In this document: positions 1-19,593 of the stretch, one piece after another
Layout of the letters: each line of letters opens with the position of its first letter
How positions within the stretch are numbered: position 1 is the first letter of the stretch
From: Oikopleura dioica
Lineage: Eukaryota > Animalia > Chordata
Length of the DNA: 64,000 nucleotides
Assembly: GCA_907165135.1 (NCBI GenBank)
Contig: OU015567.1
Span: 9,610,001 to 9,674,000, forward strand
Direction: 5' to 3'
Position numbers and translations under genes: made by a program
Notes under the pieces: model-generated
The model's input: only the letters and a program-made list of their open reading frames with translations
What the model was told of the DNA's origin: nothing
Databases searched by the model: none

Positions 1-269
1 GCCATCTCGTCTGCGCGAAGAGAAGCGCTCACCACTCAGCCAACTCCAGGGTGACAGCGCAGTGCAGTACTCGATTCATATTCCCGCGAAGAGCGCCAGC
101 CAATCAGCGCGCAGCAGGCCTCCTTGGCAAAATATACTTTGAAGCCCTTAAAAGGGCTGAAGGGGGATTTTCTGGAAAAACAGAGGCCAGGAATGAATTT
201 CTAGGCATTATTTTGGTGGAATCTCCAAATTTTATTAAAATGAAAAATTTTGGTCCAATCGTGCGGAAC

Positions 270-2150
270 CCTAGATTTATCGTCAGAAATAGAAGAACCA
301 TCGTCAGATCCAAGCTTGCCCTGAGCAGCAAGTCGATCTTGTCTGTAAAGAGTTCTTCGCATTCGCGGTCCCAAAAGGGCCAATCTCATTCCAGTTTCAC
401 TGAATAAAAACTTTAACCAGCCGTTGTTATCTTTTCCGGACTCACCAGAAATTCTCTTTGAGCTCTCTGACAGCCTTGAGGGCTGCTTCAGAGCTTTCAA
501 AATCAACGACGGCGCAGAGGCTGTCTCCAATGTCCGGCACTTGGGTGGCGTAGTTGCGCAAGTCAGAAGGAACCTCCTTGCCTGGCCGGAGGAGTCGGAC
601 GAGGCCGATGTCTCCGTACTCGCGGAACATGGTGGTGATCTGGTCAACGCTGTCGAACTCTGGAGGCACTCGGATCGCAACAACAGAAGTGAGCAGTCTT
701 GGCTTTCGGAGGGTTTCCGGAAGGATGTCTCGTCGTTTGACACGGTACCCTTGAAGTAAAGACGTTATATCACGTTTATGGTCACTTTTGTTTTTCCGAA
801 ATTTTGAGGTCTTTTTAGATTTCTATATTTTTATTATTCCAAAAATGAAAAATTTGGAAAAAAATATAAACACCAATTTTAACAGGCTTTTATGGTTATT
901 TCTTAATCAATCATTACCTTCAGGTGAAACCTCCAGCTGCGGAGCTAATTTGAGAGCATGTCGAACAACTCGCCAGTCTCTTGTGAGCTTTTTGACCTTT
1001 TTGAAGCTTGTCATAAGCTTTTTTCTTGGTTCACAACTGAGCTTCTGTACTTAATTGATGTTGAATAAGAATAAATTTGCTAAAAAACTTCGAGAAATAA
1101 AAGTTAGGAACCATTCCTTGATGGAGATATAGCCCTCGGATTTGCATCGGATTTGTCGGAGGAGATATTTGTCTTTGGCAAGGTACTCGTCGGAAAGATA
1201 ATACTCCACCTGATCGATGATAGCTTCTGATTCTTCCTGAGTTGGCGCGTCGTAGTCGCCCTCGTCCGAGTACTGGATCACACCGGAATCATTCGACGAG
1301 CCACCTAGTTTTCAAAACAGTTACAATCTGGGGATTAGAAGATAGGAGCATCAGCGACTGATGCTGAACCTGATTCTCCAGAGTTGCGACGCTGTCGTGG
1401 AGATTTTGAGTTGTCGTTGATGCGCATGCGCTCTGCTTGTTGAGCGATTTCCTCAATCTCAGCAAGTTGAATGCTGCCGCGTTGCTTGATTGGGACGTAT
1501 TTGTTCTGAACAAGAAAGGTTATTTCATTTCCTTCGAACCATGTTCAATAGTGCTAGGCCTCATGATGAGCATTTTATCAAATCATTAAAATTCAGTTTT
1601 TTTCCTTACTCTCATTATTGGCGCGCTCTTATGGTGTTTACCTTTGAGGGAGATTTTCTTCCTCGTGAGTTTGATTTCTTGCCGCTGGAGTTGATAGAGT
1701 CACGTGAGTCGATGGAACTGTTGTGTGATTCAGTGCGAACGAGACCTTCGCCGTTGTGGCCCAGGAAAGCATCGGGATGGCCTCCTGCTGGGATAAAGAC
1801 GGGAATTTGTTCGGCTGGCCAGGGCATGAAGGGGTGATGGGGGCTCGGATGGGCCGAGTATGCTGGCACGAAGCCTCCCACAGGAGCATATCTGAAAGGA
1901 AAGAAATGCTTATCTTGCGATAATTAATGAGAGAGTACATAAGTTGGCATCCAAAGTGGCGGCTATTTGCACGATTTGGCTCACTCTGAGCGTTTAGAAG
2001 TGCACTTGTACCACACCCGCCTTCGCCTCGGCGGGAGATGGAGCTCGGTGTGGTGCTCCGCGCGGGTGTCCGCGTGGGGGAGTCATTTTAAAAAGCTTAA
2101 CACGACGTCACTCCACCACCGCCAGCACCACCATTTAGACGCTGGGACAT
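270..2150 (-). CDS. LARP6: La-related protein 6 (La motif + RRM), multi-exon; start codon uncertain, and the gene may continue past the left window edge
   Basis: Exons give IIDQVEYYLSDEYLAKDKYLLRQIRCKSEGYISIK|LMTSFKKVKKLTRDWRVVRHAL (La motif) and FREYGDIGLVRLLRPGKEVPSDLR...CAVVDFESSEAA (LARP6-type RRM), then GMRLALLGPR. Exons 918-1017, 446-749 and one starting near 400 join in frame. Confidence 0.88.
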
Positions 2151-5100
2151 GTTATCGGACGCGTTGAGCGACCGAGCGTTGCGTAACGGACTCTCATCTC
2201 ACCCTACTCAACTGCTCAACCAAAAAAACATCTCAGATGGTGGCCTAATTTGAGGTCGAGGGGGAAAATTACAATTTTCGTGGGCTAGAACTAAATTCGC
2301 TCTACAGATGTTTTGTGGGTTTATGCAACACGCCGTGTACTACGCGGCTTTTTGGTGGAGCATTTCTAAACCTTGCTGAAGTATTTTTACAATCCTGTGT
2401 TTTTTTTCTTGAAATCAAGGAGGAAAATTCGGAAAATGGAGCTTTGAAAATAAGATTTGAATAAATCTGACTGTAGAATTTACCTTTGTTCAGCGTACTC
2501 TTGTGGGAAGTAGGCGCGATGAGCATATCGGCTGTCCAACATGTAGTATCCAGGAGGTCCTAAATCGAAATATTTAGCCTCACATCTCAAGTTTGAGATG
2601 CACATAAACTTTGACGAGGACTTCAAAACTCGAATCCGAATGATTAGATAACGAATAACTCGTTATCGGCCACGCGAAACCGTAACGTGTTCAAGTGGTA
2701 ACTCTAACTGACCGTCGAAATTCGCGCGAGGAGCGTCACATTAATTTGATCATCGAAGGTTAAGAAATATTGATGATATTCAAAGATTTTCCAGGAAAAG
2801 GGGAAGAAATTTCCCGTAATTGGGGAAAAATTTTTCGATAAGAATATGCAAGGAATATGATTTGATTTTTGTTTGGGCGCTCAAGACGGAGATTAGGAGC
2901 AACGTTGTTAGAAAGACGCGGTTTGGCCTTTTCTGCGATCCGGTTGCGCATCTCTCCACGTTGCCCCAGTCCCGTTTATGCAACTCATTTTTCGCCTGAT
3001 CTTGCATTTAGATGCGGGATCGGGGAGCGAGCTTGAAATGCGATATTTGGGATGAAGGTACAGTTGGCACTGCGTAATAAATCCACGAAAAGGTCACATT
3101 CATCAGCTTTGGGGAGCCCAAAATACCTCCAGCGGATGTATTTAACCATTTAGAAAGGGCCTTTTCTGAGCGAATTTCACGGGTGAAACTTTTTGTTTCA
3201 GAAACTTTTACAAGTTTTTTCTTAAAAAATATTTCTTCAAAGAAAAAATTGATAAAAATACTTCATTCAAATATTTCATTCTTTGAGCTTGAGTTGTCTA
3301 CAAGGCCAAAAAGGAATTATCCTTGATTGCATTTAAAATACGAAAAGTATTCGTAATTTGTAAAACTTGCCTCCCTCCAAACACATTTCGCGCCTCTCAC
3401 GTTTCGCGAGTTATGAAATCAGCTTATTTTTAAACGCGTCAAATAAAGAAATCATCCAAGAAAATGAAAGTTTATCCTTGTGCGGTTTCGCTGAGCTTTC
3501 GCTATTTTGGATCTTGCTTGTTTAGGCTCTTGCTCTAACGACTCTTTTGTTTGGGAAAACGAAAACGCAAAATATATTTAGAAGACAACACAATTCAGGC
3601 AAATTCAAAACTGAATATGTCACTTTCAAAACTGATTATTTTGATTGCAAAAAACTTGATTTCGGTCGGAAGAAATTTGATCTTGAAATTTCCTTATCAG
3701 CTAATGCCTCAACATTTTTTATGATAAAAAACGTGCAAAAACTTATCGCGAAACGTTTTTTCTTTATCACTGAACATGTGAGCAACTTAAATTGACTCAA
3801 CCAAATGTTTTGGTTTGCTCAAACCTCGACATATATCCAGGTGGAATTGTTTTATTAATAATAATTATAATTGACGAGTTGGAACTTGGGCTAGAAGGAT
3901 TACTTTAGTTTTATTAGTAAGTTTGTTTATTGCTAAAGAAAAAATAATTGGTGAAGTTGAAATTGATTAATGAACGAATAACTTAGTAATCAAGACTATC
4001 AAATGGAGTCTCATTTGTTGATTTGTTGATTATAATTTTCTCAGCAATCTAATTTTACCGTGGAAGTCTAATTTGATTATGATTATAAGAATGAGAATTC
4101 AACTCAGAAAATTACCAAATTAAAGGATTCGAAAGCTCGAAAATCAAAGCCTCGTAAACCCTCGAATAAAAACCCCCCTGTTCAAGAAGTTCTTACCTTT
4201 GTTCGGTGAGCCGTACATGTTGAGGGTAATTTGTGAGTCGAAGTATTCCTTCTCTCGAAATTAGTCCGAAGTTAATGGGTGTATTTTTTCTACAGTTGTT
4301 TTTTCTACTGCTGCTGCTGGCTAACCAGGCAGGAGATGTCCAAAAATATATTTTTTATAAAATTTTTTTGGTTTAAATTTTAAAAAATTGGTTTTGCTAG
4401 ACTTATGATGACACCAAAGAGTATTGTGAGTTGTTCAACCCTTTTCAAGACGGTTCACTTTTGAATTTTTTATGGAAGGTTTTCTCTTGTTGAAAAAAAT
4501 AATATAAAATTCGTATAGATTACGTAATAATTTAGAAGTGAACCGTTTCCTACTCTAAGTTCTCTCGCTATGAATGGTTGGTGTCGAGGAGGTTGCGTGA
4601 ACAGCTCGATGGTGGTGGTGGTGGTGTCAGAGCGACGCGCTGATTGGCCCGAGCTGACGCGGCCCTGAGATCTACTGCACCAAAAATATCCGACAGCACC
4701 AGGTGGGCTACACGCGCTCTGTGTTCGAGCACCACCACCACCACGCCATGCATCGACTCCACCTCAAGATCAAAGATTCAACGACGTTTTGGTACAATCA
4801 AATTTAAATTTTCGCTGAAAAGACTTTTTATAAGCTCGTTGATTATAATTTACCATCGCTTATGAATAATTCATAATAATTCATAAAAATTTCTTCAAAT
4901 CGTAATGGCCTTTCTAAGTTATCTGTTGGCCTAATTTTTGAAAATCTTTGCCTTGAAAACAAGGAAGACCAATCGATTAGCACCAGCTGAATTAACAAGT
5001 TCGTTTTTTCTTTTTCTTCCCGCTAAGATCGGAACTACCATGGCAACTTCAAACGTCAGCTAAAACTTTTTCTCCACTTCCATAATTATTTAATCGCCCT

Positions 5101-6204
5101 GCAAATACGAAAATCTGCAAAAATAGCCCCGCAAAATGGTTTGCTATCAGGAGATAGTGAGAAGCAAGATTGATTATTTACAAAAAAGAAGGCAGCGAGT
5201 AAACTTCCTCTTGCCAATACTTGAGGAGCGAGGAGTGTTGGTTCTTTGTATTCTATTTTTTTATAGATACGGGCTAAAGGGGAAGTTCTGTGCAGAATAG
5301 GGGCGGATTGGATGACAAGGCTTTTCTGCTCGAGCCTCGGACTGTTTTGTTTTGCCATCAGAAGAGAACATAAACGAACGCTGATTTAATTTGGCCCGGA
5401 TTTATTCGCTAAAACGCTACTACTGACAATTTATGATACAATCAGAGAGAATGAGTTTGCACGAGCCAGTGCCACTGTCGAAATTCGCGTCACGCAGATC
5501 TTCTGGGCTTCGATCGACTTCGAGAATATCTTCAAGCACCGACTCACAGTCTGGCAGGACTCAGGAGGAGGTTTTAACAGGAGACGAAACAGGTGTCCGA
5601 GCTTATGATTCTTTTTTTTTTTGCTGAAGCAAACAGGTGCATACCGTCACATATTTACGAGACCCGAATGTAGCATTAGATGCTTGAAAACGTCAGGGCT
5701 GTGTTTAATCAGTCAGTGTCTCTTTCAATAGCGATAGATCATCGAGGAACCTCTTAAGATCAGACTTGAATGGCCTGTTTTGGTGCATCCAAAGTTGGAG
5801 AAGCACTCAAAAAAGAAAAGGTAATTGTATAACGCGCAATTATCAGCTTTATTCCGATTTGGCTGAGTCATATATAAAAAACATTATTATTTTTTTCGCC
5901 GAGTTTATTCGGGAATTTGGTCATTTGGTCTTGCAATTTTTTTCTCTGACTTGGCACTATCTTTTCTTCTGTTTTTATTGCTAATTCTGAACAAGACATT
6001 TGTCCACTGATAAAAGATAAATCGGCTTATCAAAGTAATCTTCAAACAAATTATTAGTATAACTGGTAGTGTGTGCTGATTTCGTGCAAACAGAAGTCAC
6101 AATAGTTGCCCAGGCAATCCAAATCGCTCACTTTTCGACCTTCTCAGAAGTCATTAGAGAATTTACGCATCGAGCTGGATTTATCATTTTTAACTAAGAA
6201 CAAC

Positions 6205-7834
6205 ATGGAAAACACCACCACTAAATTTCATGGGAGAAGAAGGTTTCCGCCTGACTATTATGCCGATCCAAGAAGGGGGCGAAAATTCTTTTAAAAGAAA
6301 TCATAAACGAGTTTTTTTGGAACCAACCAATGAATAATTTAATTTTGATCTTCAGGATGCATTACCATGTTCCATGTCTAGACATTTCTATTGAGAATTC
6401 GGAGATTGATTTCTTAAATCCTCAAAATTCAAGACGATCATAAAAAAAACATAAAATGACCCCTCTGAAAAGTCAAACTAACCGGGCACCCTATCGACCC
6501 GCTTATTATTTGGAAAGGTTCAATCAATATTAAAATAAAATTAGGCCCTTGTATCTGATTAACCTTCTAAGCCCGGACTACGGGCCTCGTCAACCAATGT
6601 TCTCTCGAAGCCAGACCGCCAGTACCTCCACAAACAACAAGCGCAGAGGTTAAAACACAGTCTAATTAGAGTTTAATAGCTACTATCGTCCTGCATATTA
6701 AATTGTAAATCCCGCCGAACATTTGAACTTAGGGGTGTCGCGAGGAAATCGATGAGGACGAAGGAAAGGGGGTTAAATCTAATTTGGTTAATCTGGTTCA
6801 ATAGATAAGCTTCTATAATCAGACAATCAGTCTAACAGGCTTTCCTTGGAGAAAACTTTCGAACTGTCGATTTTGAAAGCATATCTGACATTTGTTCCTA
6901 GAGTCGACGTTTTGCATCCACCAACAATTCAAAGAAGGACAGTAGCGCTAGAAACAGGCAATCAACATGCTCACAATCATAGCAGGTGCGTCAAATCAGA
7001 AATCGGAGATCAAGAAAAATTATAGAGTGGTCAATATGCAGCACAAAATGTACATGGATTATATCAACTCTCGAAAACCCGCATTCTACGGGTAAGACTC
7101 TCCGAAATTTCCCGGGAAAACGTGAATTATAGAAACGCAAAACACCGAGAAGACTACAAACGAAGTCTACGAGAAAGCCTGAAAGCCCAGATGCAGGAGT
7201 CGGCCGACAAACGGCGACACGAGTTCAACACTAGCCGAAGTGAGAGCATGAAAGCAATCAGTGATTTCCACAGTTCGAGGTAAGAGAGGCGTGTTTATAA
7301 TTGATTTGACAAAAGCCCCAAAGCCGCGCTGAAATGGAGCTGAGTCGATCGATGCTGTCAAATTCACGACACTATATGGAGGAGAATAAAAAGGTAAACG
7401 CAAATGTCAGCTATATATTTACGGGTAAAGCGTCTCTTTTTTTTTTTTCTCAAGCGCATCACAAATACTGTCATCCTGGCGATACTGCTCTTTGCAACTC
7501 TAAAACATAAATGTTGTTAAAAAGTAAATTTTCAAAGCCAGTCTGGAGGCCCTTTAAATTGAACTTTGCATCTCATCCGGATGTCTATATTTTAACGACA
7601 TCCCCTGCTGAATTAACAATCTTCTTCAAACAATTACTACTGCCATAGATTCCCACCTTACTTAGTAGCATTTGACTACTATTCGACAAAACCCAAGTAA
7701 CCTTTCAAACGAAATCTTTTTAGATCGCAGAGGAGCGCCGACGGTACATTCGCGAGCAAAGACGTCTTGATCTTCAACGAGAGCGCGAGCTCCTTCTTAA
7801 AACGCCGATTAATTGGTCTTACACTCTTAAATAG
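6205..7834 (+). CDS. Unknown multi-exon protein with a coiled-coil-like C-terminus
   Basis: Short coding-like segments bounded by AG/GT, e.g. NAKHREDYKRSLRESLKAQMQESADKRRHEF (about 7135-7280), MLSNSRHYMEENKK|gtaaac, and a last exon IAEERRRYIREQRRLDLQRERELLLKTPINWSYTLK*. The 5' exon joins were not fully resolved. Confidence 0.55.
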
Positions 7835-9058
7835 AGCCTCTCTTGTTTACTGTTTGGAATTCATATAAATATATAAACTTGCGTTGTATATCATGGATTG
7901 ATAAAAAAAAAGAATTAATAAACATGTGCATCGAGTCCCACAGTTTTCGACAAAACTGTTTAATGCATGAATGATGTCCCGTTATTATCGCAGTTCAAAG
8001 TGTAACTCATTAAAAATGAAGAAAAAGAAACGACAGAAAAAGATTCTGCTAAAAATATACCGGTACTTGATAATTAATTCATCCGCAAACTTGCCAACTA
8101 GCAAGGTTCAGTAGAGTTTGTCTTTTATTGACATTGACTCTTCTTCCTTCAAAAACTAATTATATCACACACAACATAATGAAGGTTGACTATTCCTTCC
8201 TTTTTATAGAAAGAAAAATGATTCAAAGGATTCACCGCAGTTCAGCTTTTATTCATCATCGTCGTGGTCAAAAATTATAGAAGCAACACGATCATTGCGT
8301 GCTTTGGGTGACATAAAAGCCCTTCAGAACAACATGTTCCTATTAAAATTAACAAAAAGCGCCTGAAAAAGTTTAAACCAAAGTTCCACCTTTATAAGGT
8401 TTTTCTCATCCAAAATTCATTCAACCACTTCATTCGGCCACTCGGATCTTGCAAAGTTCTATAATACGAATTGTTCAGTCCGACTAGACAGATAAAAAGA
8501 AGCAACTCTTTTCAATTATAAATCAGCCGTTCTCCTCCATGATCGCGATCGCAAACAACCGGTTTCTCCGTCCTAACAAGTCGTGCTGTAAATAATTCCA
8601 AGGCGATCCTCTGCGTTTCACATTCAGATGGTGTGTTTTCAGACTATTCCTCACGCTTCTTTCACGCAGCGCCCTCGTCCGGCTATCGAGCTCCGCGCGC
8701 ATCTGCGTTCTCTTCTCGCTTCGCGCGTTTCTCTTTTTCTTTTTGGAAAGTGGATCTACTCTTAAAATCACATCTTCAGTTTTCAAAGAGAGAAAAAGAA
8801 GAAGAGAAGAAGAATAATCCCCGAAATTCTTCCCCGCGGAACCCCAACTCGAGCAAGATTTTCGACCAATTGAAAAACCTTGTCGGGCAAAAGGGAGAAA
8901 AAGTTCGAAAGAAGCCCTCTAGTCCCGACAAGTCAAAGAACTCGTCTAAAGGCTCGTCGAAGAATTCCTCGTCGCGTCGTCCGTCGAGCAAGTCCTCCAA
9001 ATCTCCGCCATCGAACGGCGCAGACCCCCCTCCAAAGACCACCCCCAACGCTGCAGAA

Positions 9059-12127
<3,069 letters not shown>

Positions 12128-12328
12128 TAGGAACACGACGCATGCTTTTCTCAACCTTCTTGTGCCGTCGAATTTCAACAACTGTCACAATCATTACTGC
12201 GATTTGCAGCTTACCAACATCAACAAAAAACCATAGAGAGGAATTTTTCTGTTCACAAAAACAAAAACTACAAACACTGTACTAGATATGCTTTATTATA
12301 TAAGAAGGAGAAACGTTTTCTTGAGACT

Positions 12329-13450
12329 TTATTGAAAGGCTTTTTTCTTTGAAGTTTCTGACGAAGATCTGGATCTGCTGGTGACAGGAGTCGCTGAGCC
12401 AGAATTTGAAGGGCTGATAGTGATTTTTTCTTTCATGTCTTTCGCGAATTTGGAGATTATTCCAAAAGGCCTAGATAGACTGCCCGGTGGTGGTTTTTTC
12501 TGATCATCGCTGCTATCTAAAGCATAAAATTTACAATCTCTCTCTTCCCTGTTCTGGAGATTCTCCAAATGCCAAAAATATCCCACAATCGTCCCGCCAA
12601 GTCACCCTTCTAAGGAAAATCTCCTGGCAAAATAAAGGTGGCAGGAGCAGTTTGCTTACCGGAAATACGCCGGATTCTATTCATAACTTTCTTGAACACG
12701 CTTTCATGCTGTACTGGCAAATCTGACGCTTTCAGCCTTACTGACATCTTCCTTCCGCCCGGCTTGGGTAGCGTTTCTTTGCCTTAAAAATTTCTAAAGA
12801 GAAAACTTCTAAGCGAAAGTTCTATAATGCGTTTCTTTGAAATAGTTACCAGTAAGCGCCGCCTTTGTAAAATGCTCTAGTTTCAGCGCAAGCTCATCTG
12901 GCCTAAACTATTACGTAGGCCGGATAAAAAGATAGAGTCGAATTTAATCGAAAATATAATATCAACAGCAATCTTTAATTACTGAATTCATACGTTTTAC
13001 TGCACTTTCGCGAGGATTAAAAGAGCGTTTGGTCACACGAATGAGTATTTACTTTACACTAAAGGTTGTATTTTAATCCATTAATATGGGCATAATCCCG
13101 TCGAGCACGAGTTCCATCCAGCGTCTTTAATGGTTTACCTCTTTTTCAACTCTCAAATTAAAAAAAAAATAACTGTAAAAACCGGATTTCCTGGATTCCA
13201 CCTCGGAATTCTTGTCACAATCGGCATTATTTTCTAAAATCTGTCTTTCATTTCCGCATTGCTGTTCAATATTGACTTTCAGGAAGCTCTTCGCACCTTT
13301 GAACAATTCCATTCGACAAATCTTTCCGTTTTTCTACAGAGGCTTTGAGCATCCTTATGAGTTTGCCTTTCAGTTACTTTCTTCCAGCAGCTCCCTTCAG
13401 CCGGAAAAAGGTCATTCCTGGATCAATAATTGTCTGCTCTTCGGCTTATC
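12329..13450 (-). CDS. Unknown small multi-exon protein, convergent with CaMKI
   Basis: Coding-like segments AEEQTIIDPGMTFFRLKGAAGRKV, GKETLPKPGGRKMSVRLKASDLPVQHESVFKKVMNRIRRIS|gtaag and a terminal exon QKKPPPGSLSRPFGIISKFAKDMKEK...KKAFQ*. Joins unresolved. Confidence 0.4.
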
Positions 13451-13708
13451 CTTTCATTCGCTCCTTGTCTAGGCCTACCCACACCTCTATAAGCTTTTTT
13501 GGAATAATCCAGTTATTGTTGTTTTAATGGCACAAGCAAAACCACATTCCATCACGCTCATTAATTGTTTAAAGACTTTCCATAATTTTTGCTTTGACAT
13601 TTATTTCTATACAGAACTGGTTATGAAGCAGTCGAAATTTTTTTGGGCAAAATCGGAGCTACAGAATGAGCAGACTAATTTTCGAGATGGTATTTAAATC
13701 AGTAGTAT

Positions 13709-14804
13709 TTAAAATATGAGAGCAGGGAGAATCAGGAGGAAATAAGAAAATAGAAAGGATGATGCTGAACTTTCAGAATTTATATCGGTCACTGTTACCT
13801 TGGGATCGTTAAGAACAACCCCAGTTATCTTTCCTTTCAAAGACTCAGGAAAATATTCGTTGAAATTGCTCTAAAATCACTTTTAAAATATCATCGCAAA
13901 GGCTCTTTTTACCTTGTAAATACTTTTCGTTTCCATTTCTATTTGGGTAATGTCATTATCAGTAAATTCATCGATGTTTCTGGCGTCTTCTTTTATGTAT
14001 GTGACTTTCATATAAACCTTTATCATTGGTCCAGTTAAGACAAGGTCGATTTCAGTGGTGTCAATAAGGGATGCTCGTCCATTAGTTTGTCTATAAAAAG
14101 ACATTTAATTAAAACGATGAAATTATAATCAAAAAAGTTGGGAATGACTTACTTAGCCTTTGCAGTGTAGTCCTCTAAGGTTATGTTTGTAGAAATCCAT
14201 TCTGCACTGATATTGACGGCTGTTATTTGATTTACTTGTCCGAAGGCTCTATCGTGCTTCTTCACAAATTCGCGGTATTCTAGCGAGTCAGGATCTTCGA
14301 ACTCGTCACTGAAGAGCTCAAATGTTTCGTACTCAATAAGTTGCTCGATGAGGATTTTTGATTGGGCCGGAGCTGAAGTTGTACTTGTTGTTGATGTTGA
14401 TAAACTGTTGTTTGTTGTTAGTGCACTCGTTGTTGTTGTGGACATGTTAGTAGTAGTAGTAGAGTTAGTAGTTGTTGTAGTACCGATCGTTGTCGTAGTT
14501 GATGTTGTAGAAGCGGTTGTCGTTGTCGTTGTCGTCGTAGTCGTCGTAGTAGTTGTAGTTGTCGTTGATGTTGTAGTTTTCGTGGTGGTGGTTGTCGTGG
14601 TGGTTGTAGTTGTGGTTGTTGTAGTAGTAGTGGTGCTTGTTGTTGTCTCAGAATCACCACTTCCCTCTTCGACTTGCCTTCTCTCCCTTCCCGATAAAAA
14701 CAGGTCTATCTGCGCATAGGAAACTCCTTAACACATCTCTTTAAATTGAATAAACTTAAATATGACTTGCCGAATAGAACTGCCAGAAGGATGCCAGTTT
14801 TCAT
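13709..14804 (-). CDS. Thr-rich mucin-like surface protein with a SEA-like domain and probable GPI signal
   Basis: Signal peptide MKTGILLAVLFGVSYA|Q, formed across a 44-nt GC-AG intron (14727-14770). It is followed by a long poly-Thr tract, a SEA-like segment FELFSDEFEDPDSLEYREFVKK, and a hydrophobic C-terminus SESSASSFLFSYFLLILPALIF*. Confidence 0.75.
14400..14650. repeat. Imperfect (GTN)n trinucleotide tract encoding poly-Thr on the minus strand
   Basis: Runs of gtt/gta/gtc/gtg on the plus strand; the minus strand reads TTTTT... Confidence 0.9.
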
Positions 14805-15989
14805 TTTCACCAATTCCTCTTTGACTTTCTTTTAATTTCTCTTCTTATGATTTACCGAATGATACGTTCGACTTCCAATTGTTATTTTTGAAGGTATGAG
14901 CTCCTCTCGTGGGTGGTTCACAAAAAGATACGCGTATTTATCTCTGCTTCCCTCTGGCGACAATCCGTTTAATTTCCTCAAGGATCTTCTTTACCACGGT
15001 ATGATTGAAAAAAAAACACACAGAAGTTTAATTGTTTATGCTTCACTTGTTTTCTTCTTTAAACTACCTTCCACTTCCCCGTTCTTGATTGCTATCTTAG
15101 AAAAAAAAATGAAGACTAACTTGTGCTGTGAAATCGTCAGATTGCCAGACGAAAACTTTTCACTAGATTGAATAGGTCTGCAAATATGACCATCTGATTT
15201 AGTCGCGAGAGGCCTTTTTGTCCGAGTTGCTTATGACGACAACTTTTAATCTGGTGAATAACTTTTCAAAGGACATTCTGAGGTGGAGTCACTCTTGGTT
15301 TTGATTTCGGTTTTTTTTTTGTTGTAACAGTCAAGAATTCTGAGTCCAATCGTTCACTGACTAATTGACATTAAATCATTTTAAAAAAAGTACATTTATT
15401 TTTATTAATTTACTGCATCAGTAAAAAATTCCAATTACAACCCCTTCATAGTTCCTAGGGGGGCCAATTCATAGTTCCGAATGCCAATCCCGTAGTTACG
15501 GAGCTTAGTAGCAGCTATTTCTTTCACTCTCCGATATTTATTCAAAAGTAAACGTATCAAAACTTGAACGAGAAAGAATCTGATCTTCTCATTTCATGAA
15601 ACAATTCAGGAAACTGTACCTTGCTTGAGCTTTGCATTTAAGAGGATTTGTCTCGAAATTTGTAAAGTTGATCTTCGGCTTTCTAAAGCGGTTTTCATCT
15701 AGAGCTTTTAGGAGATCAACATGTCTGCTTGGGCGAAAAATTTCAAGTTTTATGAAACTCTAAAGTGCTGGCAACATAAATTTTACCATGACTCCGTGAA
15801 AACGTAGCTCAGCAGGTTTCGGCCGAGAACGTACGGTTGCATCCCACGGCCACTTCGCTGAAAAACGAAGGCTACCGATAATCCTGCCGTGTCAGGTTCG
15901 CCGCGGTTCGTATAAAAGCCCCTCTTTTCTCCCCGATCTGCTGATTTCCTTCTTTTTTTCTTGACCGAACTCGTGATTCGTTTATAGAA

Positions 15990-16630
15990 ATGAGACTTTT
16001 TTCTCTTGCACTTCTTACTTTGTCAGAGGGACAGAAGATTCTCACCGCGGCCAGACAGGAGACTCCGAAGAAGACTTTGTATCCAACTGAACTGACAGCG
16101 AAATCAGGAATCTGTGGAAGAATACAGCTTCGACCGAACCAACCGTATGGGATTCAGCGACCGCATAAAAATAAAAATGGCGTCCCTGGTAAGAATTTTG
16201 ACATTCTTATCTACTTCCTCGAAGCTGTTCTTTTCTATTATTAAAATTATTTATAAATTTCAGCGAGTACACGAAACTTTCTCAAACAAAACGGCTGTAC
16301 TGATAAAGATATGAATTCCCTTGCCAAGGAAGCGAAAAAGGTCGGAGTTACCCTCATAAAGTGCCGATTCCCTCGACCACTGAATCATGAAGAACATCGG
16401 TAAGCTACTATAAAAGATAAAAATTTATTACTTTCTTCTCAAGAGACGTGATGTACTTGCGTTGCATGAAAAACAATCCCCTCGCGCGAAAATCAGCGAA
16501 GCACGATAAAATTCGCAAGAAAGCAATGAAGCTCAAGTGCCACGATGGCAAACTCAATCTGGACCGAATGGTGCGAAAATGCGAACGATGGTGGGACCAA
16601 GAATTCGAAAGCCTGGGCATTGAATCGTAA
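15990..16630 (+). CDS. Small secreted basic protein with 6 Cys, 3 exons, unknown family
   Basis: Signal peptide MRLFSLALLTLSEG|Q. Two GT-AG introns (CCTG|gtaaga...ttcag|CG and CATCG|gtaagc...caag|A) keep the frame to ...CERWWDQEFESLGIES*. Confidence 0.7.
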
Positions 16631-16778
16631 ATTTATACGTCGTATTTATTTTTTCCCTTTTCTGCTTTGTAACTAACTCAATCTCTCAGAAACTGAATAT
16701 ACTTTTTATAACAAAAATTTGTCTGTTTGATATTTATTTTTAAGTATACTATACATATTATATGGTACAGTTTATATA

Positions 16779-19593
<2,815 letters not shown>

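Noticed and set aside
4090-5360. Scattered exon-like segments and apparent (GGT)n/(ACC)n inverted pair at 4610-4745
   Set aside because: I could not build a consistent reading frame, and the flanks of the trinucleotide runs are not in true inverted arrangement.
14348-14719. Poly-Val plus-strand ORF and Q/L/R-rich alternative frame
   Set aside because: These are shadow frames of the poly-Thr mucin tract; the Thr frame is the one joined to the signal peptide and SEA region.
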